This document shows, piece by piece, positions 31,097 to 42,418 of a DNA stretch of 64,000 nucleotides (positions are counted from its first letter, which is position 1; the number at the start of each line of letters is the position of its first letter). Below the pieces are notes generated by a model. The model was not told the DNA's origin. It made no database searches and was given only the letters and a program-made list of their open reading frames with translations. Source of the stretch: Candidatus Bathyarchaeota archaeon (GTDB lineage Archaea > Thermoproteota > Bathyarchaeia > Bathyarchaeales > Bathycorpusculaceae); NCBI GenBank assembly GCA_963782525.1, contig CAWAKC010000003.1, positions 224,001-288,000 of the forward strand. The letters are read 5' to 3'. Both the position numbers and the translations under genes were made by a program.

Positions 31097-31399
31097 ATGT
31101 CGGCAAATGCACGTTCCTTGAAATACCTGCTAGGATGGCTGATTGCAGGGACACGAGGCGGACCGACGCGTGCAAAAATAATCTTGGCTCTAAAAGAGTC
31201 TCCGCAGAATGCAAACCAGTTAGCAACCATGCTAAAGATGGACTATAAGACCATGCGGCATCATCTTGAAGTTTTAGAGAAGAACAAAATCATAACTTCT
31301 GTTGGAGACAGGTATGGAGCAACATACTTTCTTTCTCAAATGATGGAAGACAACTATATCCTGTTTGAGGAGATTGTGAAGAAAATCGGGAAAAAGTAG
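31097..31399 (+). CDS. ArsR-family winged-helix regulator
   Basis: WLIAGTRGGPTRAKII..PQNANQLA..DYKTMRHHLEVL. Confidence 0.9.
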   Translation: MSANARSLKYLLGWLIAGTRGGPTRAKIILALKESPQNANQLATMLKMDYKTMRHHLEVLEKNKIITSVGDRYGATYFLSQMMEDNYILFEEIVKKIGKK

Positions 31400-31417
31400 A
31401 AAAAGGAGAACAACACG

Positions 31418-31864
31418 TTGGAGAAACAAATGAGCAATAGATTCAAAATCGGATTAATTCTCGCCGTTTTAATAGCGGTTGCAGTTGTAGCGGCTCTTTG
31501 GGCGTTAGTAGCTTTGCATGAGCCGCCTCTTCAATTGAGACGACCTCCGCCGCCAGGCTCCGTTATTCCAGGTGACTTTGAATACTTCTATGTGGCGTTC
31601 ACTATTGTTTCAACAATAAACATTACTTTGCTTGTCATTGTACTTGTATCATACATAAACATCTACAATAAAACCCGCTCTCCCTTTACGATTGGATTGA
31701 TAATTTTTGCGTTAGCATTCCTGCTGAAAGACGTTGCTTCTCACCCGTTCGTAGTGGGACTGTTCAGTTATAGAGCGTATGGACTTGGACCTTTCGCGTT
31801 TCTCCCTGGACTCTTTGAACTTGCTGCTTTGTCTGTGTTGCTTTACCTAAGCGTAAGGTACTAA
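31418..31864 (+). CDS. Membrane protein associated with the ArsR gene
   Basis: Four hydrophobic helices; SPFTIGLIIFA. Confidence 0.75.
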   Translation: MEKQMSNRFKIGLILAVLIAVAVVAALWALVALHEPPLQLRRPPPPGSVIPGDFEYFYVAFTIVSTINITLLVIVLVSYINIYNKTRSPFTIGLIIFALAFLLKDVASHPFVVGLFSYRAYGLGPFAFLPGLFELAALSVLLYLSVRY

Positions 31865-31977
31865 ACACACAGCAGCTCAAGTCTGCTTTTGTCCATTGTC
31901 GAGAGGGATTGGGTTAAATCTGGAAAAAATCTTTTATACACAAGACAGCTAAGGGGTTAGAAAACAGATGATAGCAC

Positions 31978-32616
31978 ATGAGTCAAGAAAACACAGTTCA
32001 AAAGAAAGGTAACTCGAAAGTCTTAGTCTTTGCATTAATTTCGATATGTGTAATTCTTGCAGGCAGTTTAGTGGGAGTCATTGCGATTTATCAACCACTC
32101 GATTCACAGATGATTACGAAAGATAACACCATTAACGGTTTGCATGCAACGATTTCTCAGCTAGAAAGTCAATTAAATAACTCAACAAGTAACACTGAAA
32201 CCACTCAAGCATACGTGAGTCAAATAGCTCAACTAAATCAGGAATTGTCAGACCTAAATTATTCCTATGTAGCAGCTAATAGTATTGCTCAGCTTCAAGA
32301 GTCAGGAATCCTCTACGATTCAAGTTCAAGTGGTGCAAGTACCATCACCCAAGCAGCAAACAGCACTACAAACCTCTGGAACGACCAGTTAGATTACGCT
32401 GGCTACGTTGTTGTTCAAGCATCAGCCACCGCAGACACAACCTATGCTGAAGCAATCTACAGTTTTTCAGGAGTCAACTTTGACCTCAATCAAACGACAG
32501 GAACATCAGGAATCGCAATATTTCCAGTCTTGCCAGGACCAGTTCAAATCAACATTGGCAACATAAACCAGAACGATACAAATACAATAACCGTAACAGC
32601 CACATACTATTACTAA
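31978..32616 (+). CDS. Membrane-anchored coiled-coil hypothetical protein
   Basis: N-terminal TM, heptad repeat, beta-rich C-terminus. Confidence 0.75.
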   Translation: MSQENTVQKKGNSKVLVFALISICVILAGSLVGVIAIYQPLDSQMITKDNTINGLHATISQLESQLNNSTSNTETTQAYVSQIAQLNQELSDLNYSYVAANSIAQLQESGILYDSSSSGASTITQAANSTTNLWNDQLDYAGYVVVQASATADTTYAEAIYSFSGVNFDLNQTTGTSGIAIFPVLPGPVQINIGNINQNDTNTITVTATYYY

Positions 32617-32684
32617 ACATTTTTTCTTTTTTGTTAACAGCTAAATGCTTCTAAGCGTATTGTAGAGTAGGAGACTGTTTTTCA

Positions 32685-34766
32685 ATGGAAAACGCTTCTG
32701 AAACACGGAGAAAACCGAACCGGCTAATTAAAGAAAAAAGTCCCTACCTGCTTCAGCACGCCTACAACCATGTCGATTGGTACCCATGGAGCCAGGAGGC
32801 ATTTGAGAAGGCTAAAGCTGAGGATAAACCAGTCTTTGTTTCAATCGGTTACTCTACGTGCCACTGGTGCCACGTTATGGAGAAAGAATGCTTCGATGAT
32901 TACCAAGTAGCTCTACTCATGAACCAAACCTTCGTCTCCATCAAAGTTGACCGCGAAGAACGCCCCGACCTCGACGCAGCTTACATGGCGGTTTGTCAAT
33001 CGATGGGGCGAAACTGCGGCTGGCCCCTAAACGTGATAATGACCCCCGACAAAAATCCGTTTTATGTCGCCAGCTACATACCAAAATACGATCGGTACGG
33101 CGTGGTTGGCATGTTAAGTCTTGTGCCCCAGATTGGTGCTATATGGCGAACCAGAAAAACAGAAATGGAAACGATTGGTAAGGAGCTCAAAGAGCAGATC
33201 TCCGTGTTAGTTCAAGCTGAACCAGAAAGTCAACTCGACAGGAGCACACTTGATGACGCTTATGAGCAGTTGTTCTTGCGTTTTGACCGGGAAAACGGTG
33301 GATTCGGAAGGGCACCCAAATTTCCTTCCCCGCACAATCTGTTGTTTTTGTTAAGGTATGCGAACCGATCAAAAGAAAAGACCGCATCTACGATGGTTGA
33401 GAAAACCCTGCGCGCCATGAGGTTAGGCGGCATCTTTGACCAAGTAGGATTGGGCTTCCATCGTTACTCCACGGATGCGCAGTGGCTGGTTCCGCATTTT
33501 GAGAAGATGCTCTACGATCAAGCGCTATTAACGCTAGCTTACCTTGAAGCTTACCAAGCTTTGGGTGCTCCAAAATTTATGGCAAGCGCTAAAGAAACAA
33601 TCGAATATGTTTTAAGAGATTTGGCTTCACCGGAAGGCGGGTTCTACTCGGCTGAAGATGCCGACAGTGAAGGGGAAGAAGGCAAATTTTACCTCTGGAC
33701 TCTTGAAGAGGTCAAGCAAACCACAGGGGAAGATTCGGATTTGGCGATCAAGCTTTTAGGTGTGAAGACTGAAGGCAACTATTTTGAGCCGCCCAATGGA
33801 AAAACCGGAAAAAATATTCTTCATCTTGCTTTGCCGCTGGAACAAGTTGCTGAAGAATCAAACCTAACAATGGATCAACTGATAGGTAAACTTGCAAAAA
33901 TAACAAACAAACTTTTCCAAACTCGCGAAAAAAGAGTGCACCCAGCAAAAGATGACAAGATACTGGTTGATTGGAACGGATTAATGATTGCAGCCCTAGC
34001 TCGGGCAAACCAGGTTTTAGGCAACTCCAAGTATCTGCAGGAAGCAACTAAAACTGCAGACTTTATCCTCAAAGAAATGAAAGAATCCGACGGCAAACTC
34101 TACCATCGATATGCAAAAGGCGAGAAAGCAGTCATAGGGTTCTTGGATGACTATGCTTACCTTGTGTTTGGTCTCTTGGAACTCTATGAGGCAAACTTCG
34201 ACAATAAATACTTGCTCGACGCCGCAGAATTAACTAAAACTATGGTTGAGCAGTTTTGGGATGAGAAAAACAGCGGTTTCTTTTTCACAAACAAGAATGG
34301 GGATGATTCCGTGCCTAGACTCAAGCAGACTTACGATGGAGCTGTGCCCTCGGGAAACGCAGTTGCTCTTCTAAACTTGTTGCGTTTAGCGCGTTTAAAC
34401 GGGGAACCAAGCTTTGAGAAATATGCAAACAAGTTGCTTAAGACATTCTCAGAAGAAATCAAGATGCAACCGCTTGGACACACGTTTATGCTTGTAGGAA
34501 TGGAGTTTGCTTTTGGACCAACCTTCAACGTTGTTTTGGTAGGCGACCCATCTGAAAAAGGCACAGTTGAGTTGCTTACGGCTTTAAGAAAAAATTACTT
34601 ACCCAACTTAACAGTGACTTTATGGTCGCCTCAAAAAACCTCACCTGTTCCAGGCGTTGTTTACGAGAAAATCGATGGCAAACCCACAGCTTATGTTTGT
34701 CGAGATCAGACCTGCATGCCACCAACAAATGTTGCTGAAAAAATGTTAGAATTACTTAAAACCTGA
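32685..34766 (+). CDS. Thioredoxin domain-containing protein (YyaL/SSP411, DUF255)
   Basis: [42 protein letters not shown]. Confidence 0.95.
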   Translation: MENASETRRKPNRLIKEKSPYLLQHAYNHVDWYPWSQEAFEKAKAEDKPVFVSIGYSTCHWCHVMEKECFDDYQVALLMNQTFVSIKVDREERPDLDAAYMAVCQSMGRNCGWPLNVIMTPDKNPFYVASYIPKYDRYGVVGMLSLVPQIGAIWRTRKTEMETIGKELKEQISVLVQAEPESQLDRSTLDDAYEQLFLRFDRENGGFGRAPKFPSPHNLLFLLRYANRSKEKTASTMVEKTLRAMRLGGIFDQVGLGFHRYSTDAQWLVPHFEKMLYDQALLTLAYLEAYQALGAPKFMASAKETIEYVLRDLASPEGGFYSAEDADSEGEEGKFYLWTLEEVKQTTGEDSDLAIKLLGVKTEGNYFEPPNGKTGKNILHLALPLEQVAEESNLTMDQLIGKLAKITNKLFQTREKRVHPAKDDKILVDWNGLMIAALARANQVLGNSKYLQEATKTADFILKEMKESDGKLYHRYAKGEKAVIGFLDDYAYLVFGLLELYEANFDNKYLLDAAELTKTMVEQFWDEKNSGFFFTNKNGDDSVPRLKQTYDGAVPSGNAVALLNLLRLARLNGEPSFEKYANKLLKTFSEEIKMQPLGHTFMLVGMEFAFGPTFNVVLVGDPSEKGTVELLTALRKNYLPNLTVTLWSPQKTSPVPGVVYEKIDGKPTAYVCRDQTCMPPTNVAEKMLELLKT

Positions 34767-35677
34767 AAAAAAAGCTGAATACTATGACTGACTCAATTAT
34801 CAATTTACCATTTCAAAGAAACAAACAAAACATGACAACCTAAAGACCCCTAAGGCGAATTTACATAATTGGAGCAGCGACAAGAATAGCAACTCGCAGT
34901 ACGATGCGTCCGAGATTTAGCGGCAACGCTTTTCTCCAGTCGCTTGTTTTCCCAAATAAGAAATGGTAAAAAGACAAGTATAGTAAGATTACCCAAACCA
35001 ACCGTAAACATCGCCTATTGAGAGACCCAAATCAAATGCTTGAAGGAATTCATACCCATAGATCAGAGATTTTAGCGCTCGGCTCTAAAACAAAAAAGTA
35101 TAGCAGCAAAAATGGCTCACTTGCATCGGTCGCTATAGCGATGGAATTTTTCAACTGTAACTTTTGATTGACAATCGTATGGCTGATGTAACATTAGAGA
35201 GCTGCCAAAGCTAGCGAGAGGTTTAAAGGCACATTAGCAACATAAATGAGAAAACCACTTCCATAGTTGGTTCTATGGAAGATTTCTTGAGTTACATGTT
35301 CAAGTAGCAGACCCCATACAAGAGCAGGTGGAAAGAAAATGGTTGTTGCGTAACTCCCTTTTTTCTCACTGAGAAACCTATCACGAGAGCTAATATAAAA
35401 AACCAGATAAACTCATTTAACAAAAAATCGTTTGCACCAATGGTGATCACCCAAATTCTTAGTCCAAAACGATTGGGTTTCCAAGTGCCCTTTTTGTGAT
35501 GCATATTTGATGTTGAGGCGGAAAAGTGTGCGGCATTCATTAAATAATCTCAGGTTAGACTTCTTTTAAACGTTAAGAAGAATCTTTTTCTTCGCTATAT
35601 GTGCACTCAAAAGGATGAGGGATTAATTCCTGGTTAGCAGAGCTTATTCGTTAAAAAAAAGAAAAAAGGTATGTAAA

Positions 35678-36571
35678 TTACTTTTTGGCTTTGCCGCGAT
35701 ACATTACAGCCAGTGCAAGCCCAATTATAGCAATTATGACTAAAACAGCAATTATTGCATAGAAATACAGGTTTGGTATGCTTCCATTAGACGTGCTAGT
35801 CCCCGCAGGTGCAAACATTGCCTGATATGAGTAAGTGTAGCCAAATCCACAGTCTATATTGGTTGGATTATCGCTGATTGTCGTTGGGTGTCCATCTGTT
35901 CCTACTGCAACCCAATACTGGAAACTGTATCCTGAGTTAGCTGTAGCTTGAAGGTGAATATTCGTGCCGTTTGCATAGTGATAAGTTCCTGACATTGGGT
36001 TTGTTGTTCCGCCGATGGAGTCAAGGACCGTTACGATGGCGTCGCTTGTTGGAGCTGCATTAGTTGTTGGGATAAAAACAGGTTGATACACGTATGTGTA
36101 GCCGTACCCACAAATAATTTGCAACGGGTTAGTTGAGGTTATTAGGCTATTTTCAGCTATGGTTGCAGGGGATGGAAAAGAGGGCGCAAAGTTTGGGTCA
36201 GCAGCTGCGTTATCAGGGTAGAGTATTGGAGGTTGGTTGTGACCTGGAGTATACGCTCCACTTATTGTCCAGTACACGAATTTGTAGCCTGTGCTTGCTG
36301 TAGCTTGTAGTTTGATGGTAGCACCGTAATTGTAAACGTACGATCCAGGTGTAGGGTTAGTTGTTCCACCCGCAGAGGCAGCTACCACCACGTTGGCGAC
36401 TTCAGCGGTTGCCGGTGGACTAGGAGTAGTATACGGATTTGGGACCGGGGGGTACTGCTCAGGGGGGATCGTCTCTACAGGTTGGTCTTGGGCTGCGACA
36501 AGTGTAAAAGAAAACATTGCCAAAACCAGAAGCATCAAAAGAACGATAGTTGAATAGTTTATTTTTTTCAT
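35678..36571 (-). CDS. Cell-surface protein with two InlB B-repeat-like domains
   Basis: Signal peptide; duplicated GGTTNP..G.Y.Y..G..I.LQATA..GY.F.YW; C-terminal TM. Confidence 0.8.
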   Translation of the reverse strand: MKKINYSTIVLLMLLVLAMFSFTLVAAQDQPVETIPPEQYPPVPNPYTTPSPPATAEVANVVVAASAGGTTNPTPGSYVYNYGATIKLQATASTGYKFVYWTISGAYTPGHNQPPILYPDNAAADPNFAPSFPSPATIAENSLITSTNPLQIICGYGYTYVYQPVFIPTTNAAPTSDAIVTVLDSIGGTTNPMSGTYHYANGTNIHLQATANSGYSFQYWVAVGTDGHPTTISDNPTNIDCGFGYTYSYQAMFAPAGTSTSNGSIPNLYFYAIIAVLVIIAIIGLALAVMYRGKAKK

Positions 36572-36729
36572 ATTTAATCTCCATAAAATCTGAGACGAAT
36601 TTGTCTCATTAATCATATTTAGCCCTAAGTGTATTTAAGACTATCCACAAATTGTAACAGCGTTATAAAATGTTAAGGGAAATTGGTACGGCAAACAGAG
36701 TTTGAACCACGTTGATTTTAATATTTTCG

Positions 36730-36775
36730 CGCCTAATATGGGATTCGAACCCATGCGGACTCGAGAGTCCACGGG
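36730..36775 (-). pseudogene. Degenerate 3' half of a tRNA-Ser (att-like relic)
   Basis: atgggattcgaacccatgcgga is identical to the tRNA-Ser at 38967; variable-arm hairpin ggactctcgagtcc; acceptor stem decayed. Confidence 0.75.
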
Positions 36776-37354
36776 GGCTCAGTGCAAAAACCTATCGTTT
36801 GGATAGAAATTAGAGTGATTTTACAACTTACCTCTAATCCAAGGTATAGCAAGGTTGCATTGGCGAGATCATTCGCGACCTCGACAAATATTTAAGCATA
36901 ATAACTTTTCTAACTGATATTATGCGCTCCTTCGCTAAAATGGAGAAAGGTCAAAGACATCTTTGGCTATGCTTTAGAATAGTCTTCAACTTATGGAAGC
37001 AGTTAGATTTGCCGTTGAACCTATAGCAATATACCGTAAAGCATTGCCTATTTTTACTTGCGAAATCGACTTAAAAGTTCCTGAAGAACATGAAATAGCC
37101 AAAAAGGTAACCACTCTCAGAAATGCTCGACGTAAATATCTTCGTTTTATAATCTGATAATCGATTCTGGCGTGCAGATAATCAATTTTGCATAGAATAT
37201 CCCGATTAAATCGAAGAGCACATTTCATTTGTTATGTTTGCTAAGAGCTTCTCACAACTTCATTTAGCATCTTAAATTAACAAGAATCAGTTAAGCTGCT
37301 GGCGTCATACCAACTATTATAGTTCTAGCATATTTAGTATTAACACGAGAAACA

Positions 37355-38719
37355 TTGAATCTTTTCAAGAAAGCTTTTACTTGTCTGGTTATCATTATTT
37401 TAGTTTGTACTATCTTCTCATCAAGTATCAAAGCTGAGTCTTCAAGTAGATATCCGATTTATTGGGGTGCATGGGTCGGAAACAGCCATATTGGTAACTA
37501 CAATTTACTTACAACTTTTGAAGGGCAAGTCGGTAAAGATGTGTCAATCTGGAACTGGATACAACTGTGGAACAGACCGGAAGACAGCGAAAATATCCCC
37601 AATTTTGACAATGCTTTAATGGATCAATGCAGAAACCATGGAGCAATACCTATGGTTAGCTGGTCACCTGAAGCAGGAAATGGAGGTATGTTTTCAAGTC
37701 TCCAAGATATAATTGATGGTAAATGTGATGCTTACTTAACTGCATGGGGTCAAGCTTCGTCACAATGGGGTCATCCATACTTTGTTCGTTTAATGTGGGA
37801 ATTCACTGGAAGCTGGACGGACTACACAACTAATAATGGTTATGGAATTTATCCATGGGATAGCGGAATAGGCAATACGCCTGCTAAGTTTGTTCAAGCA
37901 TGGCAACATATAATAAATGTTGTCAGGCATGCAGGTGGAAATCAAATAAGCTGGGTTTGGTGCCCAGGTGATGTTGGAGATTCAGTTAACACATTGCAAT
38001 CTGTCTATCCAGGCGACAACTACGTAGACTGGGTTGGCACAGACATCTATGGCGACCTGGTCCATTCAGGTGACGTTGAACTTGCAAATATTCATGCAAT
38101 GACAAATAAGCCTGTAATGATTCCAGAAATAGGCTGGTCTGGCGCAGATAAAGGACACTATTGGAACACGTTACTAACTAATACGCTGCCAAATCAGTAC
38201 CCTTACATTAAAGCCGTTGTTATATGGGAGATGCCTTCTAATGGTTTAACAGTAGTAAACTCTGCAACTCTATCGTCTTTTAAAGACTGCATCGGAACAA
38301 ATTATTACCTCTCAAACAACTATTCCTCTCTGAACGCTTCTCCTCTTAACGCATTAAGTCTAACAAACCCTATCCCGGATTCACCGTTACAAACCCCAAC
38401 AATAACGGCTGCACCATCAAATGGCATTAATTTACCAATTATCGCAACAATCACCGTTTCAATAACAGTTGCAGGAGTTGCACTACTGGCATTAGCGAAG
38501 GCGCAGATAAAAAGTCAAAAAAAAAATCAAAAACTTCCTAAATTGGTTCAATCAATTTTCGTCCAAGATGGTACTTTGGAGCAAGTTGAAGATTTTTTGG
38601 TTATTGAGGAGCTTAGGTTCAAGCTTCAGATTAGCATAATGTCAGTAAAATCCCATCTTCCCCTACATATATTCGGTGAATTTAGGTTTACTTACTTTAG
38701 TAGATTATTTTCGGGCTAA
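37355..38719 (+). CDS. GH26 glycoside hydrolase (beta-mannanase-like), secreted with C-terminal TM
   Basis: IPMVSW.P, YFVRLMWEFTGSW, WVWCP, YPGDNYVDWVGTDIY, KPVMIPEIG. Confidence 0.88.
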   Translation: MNLFKKAFTCLVIIILVCTIFSSSIKAESSSRYPIYWGAWVGNSHIGNYNLLTTFEGQVGKDVSIWNWIQLWNRPEDSENIPNFDNALMDQCRNHGAIPMVSWSPEAGNGGMFSSLQDIIDGKCDAYLTAWGQASSQWGHPYFVRLMWEFTGSWTDYTTNNGYGIYPWDSGIGNTPAKFVQAWQHIINVVRHAGGNQISWVWCPGDVGDSVNTLQSVYPGDNYVDWVGTDIYGDLVHSGDVELANIHAMTNKPVMIPEIGWSGADKGHYWNTLLTNTLPNQYPYIKAVVIWEMPSNGLTVVNSATLSSFKDCIGTNYYLSNNYSSLNASPLNALSLTNPIPDSPLQTPTITAAPSNGINLPIIATITVSITVAGVALLALAKAQIKSQKKNQKLPKLVQSIFVQDGTLEQVEDFLVIEELRFKLQISIMSVKSHLPLHIFGEFRFTYFSRLFSG

Positions 38720-38966
38720 TAGAGGTCAAAGGATAAATTAACCGGAAATATTTTTTTAGAAAACATGAAATTTTGTTCAAACTACAGATGAGTTATATGC
38801 ATGAATGAAACGAAAAGCTGAAAGTTTTCCTAGCTTAAATCGAACATTTTAAGGTTTGAATATCAAAAGGTAGCGAATTGCGCGTTTCAGAAGACTGTAA
38901 CATACTACGAAACGCTAAAGCTAAATATAACAAGGTATCGCAAGTCAGGCTTAATAATAAATTGAG

Positions 38967-39051
38967 CGCCGAGGATGGGATTCGAACCCATGCGGAACGG
39001 ATGTTCCACGGGCTCTCAAGGCCCGCGCGTTAACCACTCTGCCACCTCGGC
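38967..39051 (-). tRNA. tRNA-Ser(TGA)
   Basis: GCCGAGG acceptor; CGGGC-CTTGAGA-GCCCG anticodon arm; long variable arm; TTCGAAT loop; G discriminator. Confidence 0.95.
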
Positions 39052-39160
39052 ACTATGAGTCAACAATTCTAGTTCACTGTTTCTTAAATGTTTGTCGAAA
39101 CTCAGACAAACGGTTCATGGGGAAAAAGTACTTAACCCACAAAACATAACCCTTGATTGC

Positions 39161-39580
39161 ATGACAGCAGACCTAACCGTACATATCCCAAGCAACATTT
39201 TAGACGCCGTCTACGCAGGCGCCAAAGAACTCTATCCGCGCGAAAGCTTTCTGCTGTTACGAGGTAAAAAAAAGAAAGGCGTCATAAGCATCACCGACTT
39301 GGTTTTAGCGCCGTTTGCTGCTCACGAAGAAGACGCTGTCCACTTTAACCCCTACATGTTTGCAGGAGACTACTCCTTAGTCGGGACAATTCACTCTCAT
39401 CCCTCAGGCAACATTTCGCCAAGCCATGTCGACTTAAACTATTTCTTTGGTCGTGTCTTGATTATTGTTGGTCCTCCCTTTGAGGGGAAAGGTTGTATTG
39501 CAGCGTACGATTCAAACGGGGATAGAGTATCAATTGAAATAACAGATCCAATAGAATGCAAGGATGAAGATTTTTACTAA
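39161..39580 (+). CDS. JAB1/MPN (Mov34) metalloprotease
   Basis: YPRE, GTIHSHPSG...S..D JAMM motif. Confidence 0.9.
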   Translation: MTADLTVHIPSNILDAVYAGAKELYPRESFLLLRGKKKKGVISITDLVLAPFAAHEEDAVHFNPYMFAGDYSLVGTIHSHPSGNISPSHVDLNYFFGRVLIIVGPPFEGKGCIAAYDSNGDRVSIEITDPIECKDEDFY

Positions 39581-39942
39581 AAAGAACCCTGAGATTTTAT
39601 TACGAATAATTGATATTCAGATATGAAGTCTAAGGCGAATTTATCAGCACCTCCCTCAGTGCCCTTATGCATCCTATCCACAGACTTGCTTCGTAAGTGG
39701 TGATAGAATTCGTGGAGAATGACAAAGGGGTTAAGCAGCACATCGCTGTTTAACACTGAGATAGTCTGGTTTTTGGATGTGTAACAGCCAAACGCCGTTA
39801 TCTTGTGTCCTTTTGGTAAACCTACTTTGAGGGCAGGAACCTTAACTTTATAGTTTTTCGCTAGCAACTCAAGAGCTTCTTCAGGTTTCCCACTTAGAAT
39901 AAGCCAAACCATAAGGGGTTTAAAGTTATCCTGCACCATCAC
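39577..39942 (-). CDS. Small zincin-like HExxH protein
   Basis: ILHEFYHHL..E..AD.FA. Confidence 0.75.
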   Translation of the reverse strand: MMVQDNFKPLMVWLILSGKPEEALELLAKNYKVKVPALKVGLPKGHKITAFGCYTSKNQTISVLNSDVLLNPFVILHEFYHHLRSKSVDRMHKGTEGGADKFALDFISEYQLFVIKSQGSF

Positions 39943-39980
39943 AAATCACGTCTACTTTGTTTGCTGCCTAATTAATTGGT

Positions 39981-41231
39981 TTATTGGCCATAGGTTCCCC
40001 TTCTAATCTTCTCCGCCAGTAAATGAACAAATTCAATCGGCCAAACATCATCACAAACATCATCCGTCAAAATTTTGCGCTCATGATACATAGAAATCAA
40101 ATCGTTCTTAAGCAAAAGAATCAGAATAAATTTGTGTCCATAAGTGCGCTTGAACAACGCATATTTTCGCGCCTGCTTCTTAGTCATCTCAAAATGCGGT
40201 TCAAGAATGATTTTTCTGCCCTGAACCGTCTTCTCCAAAATAAAATCAGGTGTATACACTTCGTTTGGCAAAGGAAAACTAATGGTTTCATACCCATATG
40301 GAATGTGTAGCCGCAGAAGCGTGAGGGCAGTTTTCTTTTCCCATCCGCTCTTGTAGCGGCTCATCTTTTGATAATAAGCTTGAGATTGCCCAGTGATTTT
40401 TTGCATGCGATCCAGAAAGTCGAGGGCAGTTTTGAGTGTGTACCGATTAAGTGTTTTTTGTTTAAGCCACCGACCCAACAAGAAAAACGGGTAATCCACC
40501 TTCGCAGGGTCTTGTGGAAAAAGTCGTTTGGCAAAATCAGTTAATTTCTGCCGTGCTTCTGCAGCGGTTTGTTCATCTCGCCAAAGTGAGGGCGAAGCCG
40601 AAGTTATAACTCCTAAACTTGCGGCAACATTAGCGTTCTCCTTTGTTAGGGGCACATAGAGGTCTTCGGGGAGAAGGTGGTCATAGATTTGCAGGTCAGG
40701 TTGAGGGCGCACCATCCACCGCATATAAATCCAAGCTCGGTCCTTGTGCGGTCCGCTGAGAGCAGTCAAGTTTTTTGCCATGTCTTCGATGAAGTCTTTG
40801 GGTTTAGTGAATTTTTGTGCATATTTCAGCATGTTCCTTTCTGCTTTTTCCCTCACGAATAGGTTGATTTGGGCTAGAATTTCTGATGCCGCTTTCTTGT
40901 TTGGGCCAAGGTCGTGGTAGAAGTCGGCTTTTACGATTTCTTCTTCGAAAAGATGAGCTTTTTTGATTTCGAAGAAATTGCTCCCAAAAGCTTCATGCAA
41001 GTACACCATAAGCATCCGTGCGTTTTCAGGGTAACCAACAACAGTGTCATCAAGAATTGAGGCAGCGAGCAAAAAATAATGGGCTACAATTTTTCTATCT
41101 TCATATTTTTCTGAGTATGGGTTGAAGAGTAAGCGTGGGCTCATGCGGCGGTCCCATTGAACGTCAACGACGTTGGAGTTTTTGTTTATGAATTCGACTA
41201 GTAAAGAGAGCACTTCGTCGTTGTTAGCCAT
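39981..41231 (-). CDS. HhH-glycosylase-like/DUF2400-like domain fused to a PD-(D/E)XK nuclease
   Basis: YMRWMVRP, LYVPL, PQDPAKVDYPFFLLG; C-terminal YKSGWE..YE...YTPDF..ILE. Confidence 0.72.
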   Translation of the reverse strand: MANNDEVLSLLVEFINKNSNVVDVQWDRRMSPRLLFNPYSEKYEDRKIVAHYFLLAASILDDTVVGYPENARMLMVYLHEAFGSNFFEIKKAHLFEEEIVKADFYHDLGPNKKAASEILAQINLFVREKAERNMLKYAQKFTKPKDFIEDMAKNLTALSGPHKDRAWIYMRWMVRPQPDLQIYDHLLPEDLYVPLTKENANVAASLGVITSASPSLWRDEQTAAEARQKLTDFAKRLFPQDPAKVDYPFFLLGRWLKQKTLNRYTLKTALDFLDRMQKITGQSQAYYQKMSRYKSGWEKKTALTLLRLHIPYGYETISFPLPNEVYTPDFILEKTVQGRKIILEPHFEMTKKQARKYALFKRTYGHKFILILLLKNDLISMYHERKILTDDVCDDVWPIEFVHLLAEKIRRGTYGQ

Positions 41232-41398
41232 AGCCTCTTACCCAATCAGACATAATATGTGTGTGGTGCCTTAAAACTGCTATCCTAGCAAACAGCCTTT
41301 GAGAAATAGTTTAATATAAGCTGGAAAATCAAGTATTGCAAGCATCCAAGGCGAAGCGCCTATATAGGAAGGCCGCATAGGAAAAGATGCAAACGTGT

Positions 41399-41476
41399 GG
41401 ACCGGTCGTCTAGCCTGGTTAGGACATCTGCTTGACGTGCAGAAGGTCGCCGGTCCGAATCCGGCCCGGTCCACCA
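41399..41476 (+). tRNA. tRNA-Val(GAC), CCA encoded
   Basis: GGACCGG acceptor; TCTGC-TTGACGT-GCAGA; T-arm GCCGG-TCCGAAT-CCGGC. Confidence 0.95.
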
Positions 41477-41742
41477 CAACTTCCATTTTCTAATGTTACA
41501 CCATTCTGTGTAGATTGGTTGATTATTAACTGAAAAATCAAGTGCTTTAAGTGATTTTCGAATGTTCTACTATGTTGAAGCCTAACTCTTTGGATTTATC
41601 GACCAATCCCTTGTCTAAGTACAACACGACATTGCCCTTGTTCGCCATTGAATTCGCATCCAAGAGCATATCTAAGATGAAAACTTTAAAACGCGGGACA
41701 AAACTTTGAAACTATGTAATTTGCAATGCCCCGTTTTCAAAA

Positions 41743-41994
41743 TTAATGTACTTGTTGAGCAAATTTTCGATTTTGCGTGAGAGGACCAAAATTGTTTGAG
41801 GAAACTATTTTTTGTCCATATTGTATTCCTTTCTTTAACAAATTCAAAGCTTCAACGTCAGTAATTCCAAAAGGAAGAAAATCTTTGTGAAAGCGATCAA
41901 AGTGTAATCTTACCTTGACTATGGCAGCTTTTTCGTCATCGAAAGTACCAAAAGTATAACCGCAAGGGCATTGTCCACTTAATTTCTTTTTCAA
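41743..41994 (-). CDS. Small metal-binding protein (DUF1059-like CxC..H...H)
   Basis: CPCGYTF...VRLHFDRFH. Confidence 0.7.
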   Translation of the reverse strand: MKKKLSGQCPCGYTFGTFDDEKAAIVKVRLHFDRFHKDFLPFGITDVEALNLLKKGIQYGQKIVSSNNFGPLTQNRKFAQQVH

Positions 41995-42053
41995 ACAGGT
42001 TCACTTTACCAAGATTGTTAAATCTATTATCGTTAAATTAACATATTAACTTC

Positions 42054-42077
42054 AGTGACTGGAACCACACAGTCACA
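42054..42077. promoter_or_regulatory. Palindrome site
   Basis: AGTGACTG-gaaccaca-CAGTCACA; minus-strand TATA ttaatat leads to 41994. Confidence 0.8.
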
Positions 42078-42207
42078 ACTTGCAGTTTTTAATGGGTTAT
42101 ATAGAGATTTTATTTATTTTACAAATCTTCTTTCAACCTTCCCACAATTAAAATAAATGGAGAACTCTGATCACCTGATAAAACGCGTTGTTCTTTTTTC
42201 ATAAAAA

Positions 42208-42231
42208 TGGTGTTGAGCAGACGCAACAAAC
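42208..42231. promoter_or_regulatory. Degenerate palindrome site upstream of the GT4 operon
   Basis: TGGTGTTG-agcagacg-CAACAAAC then attaagg. Confidence 0.5.
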
Positions 42232-42418
42232 ATTAAGGTCGGAAGGGTAAATATTCAAAGAGGCAAGCAGCAAGTTAGAGCCTCAACCAGAAACTACCTC
42301 AATTCAGTTCGTCGCTGAAACTTCCAGTCGCTTTAATCTTGAGAAATCTTGCTCTCCTGAATTGCAAAAGAGGGAATTTTTGGGTTATTTAACATTAGAA
42401 AAAGTGAGCTTATTTAAA

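Noticed and set aside
34800-35600. Possible decayed membrane-protein gene
   Set aside because: Only short hydrophobic fragments; no family is recognisable.
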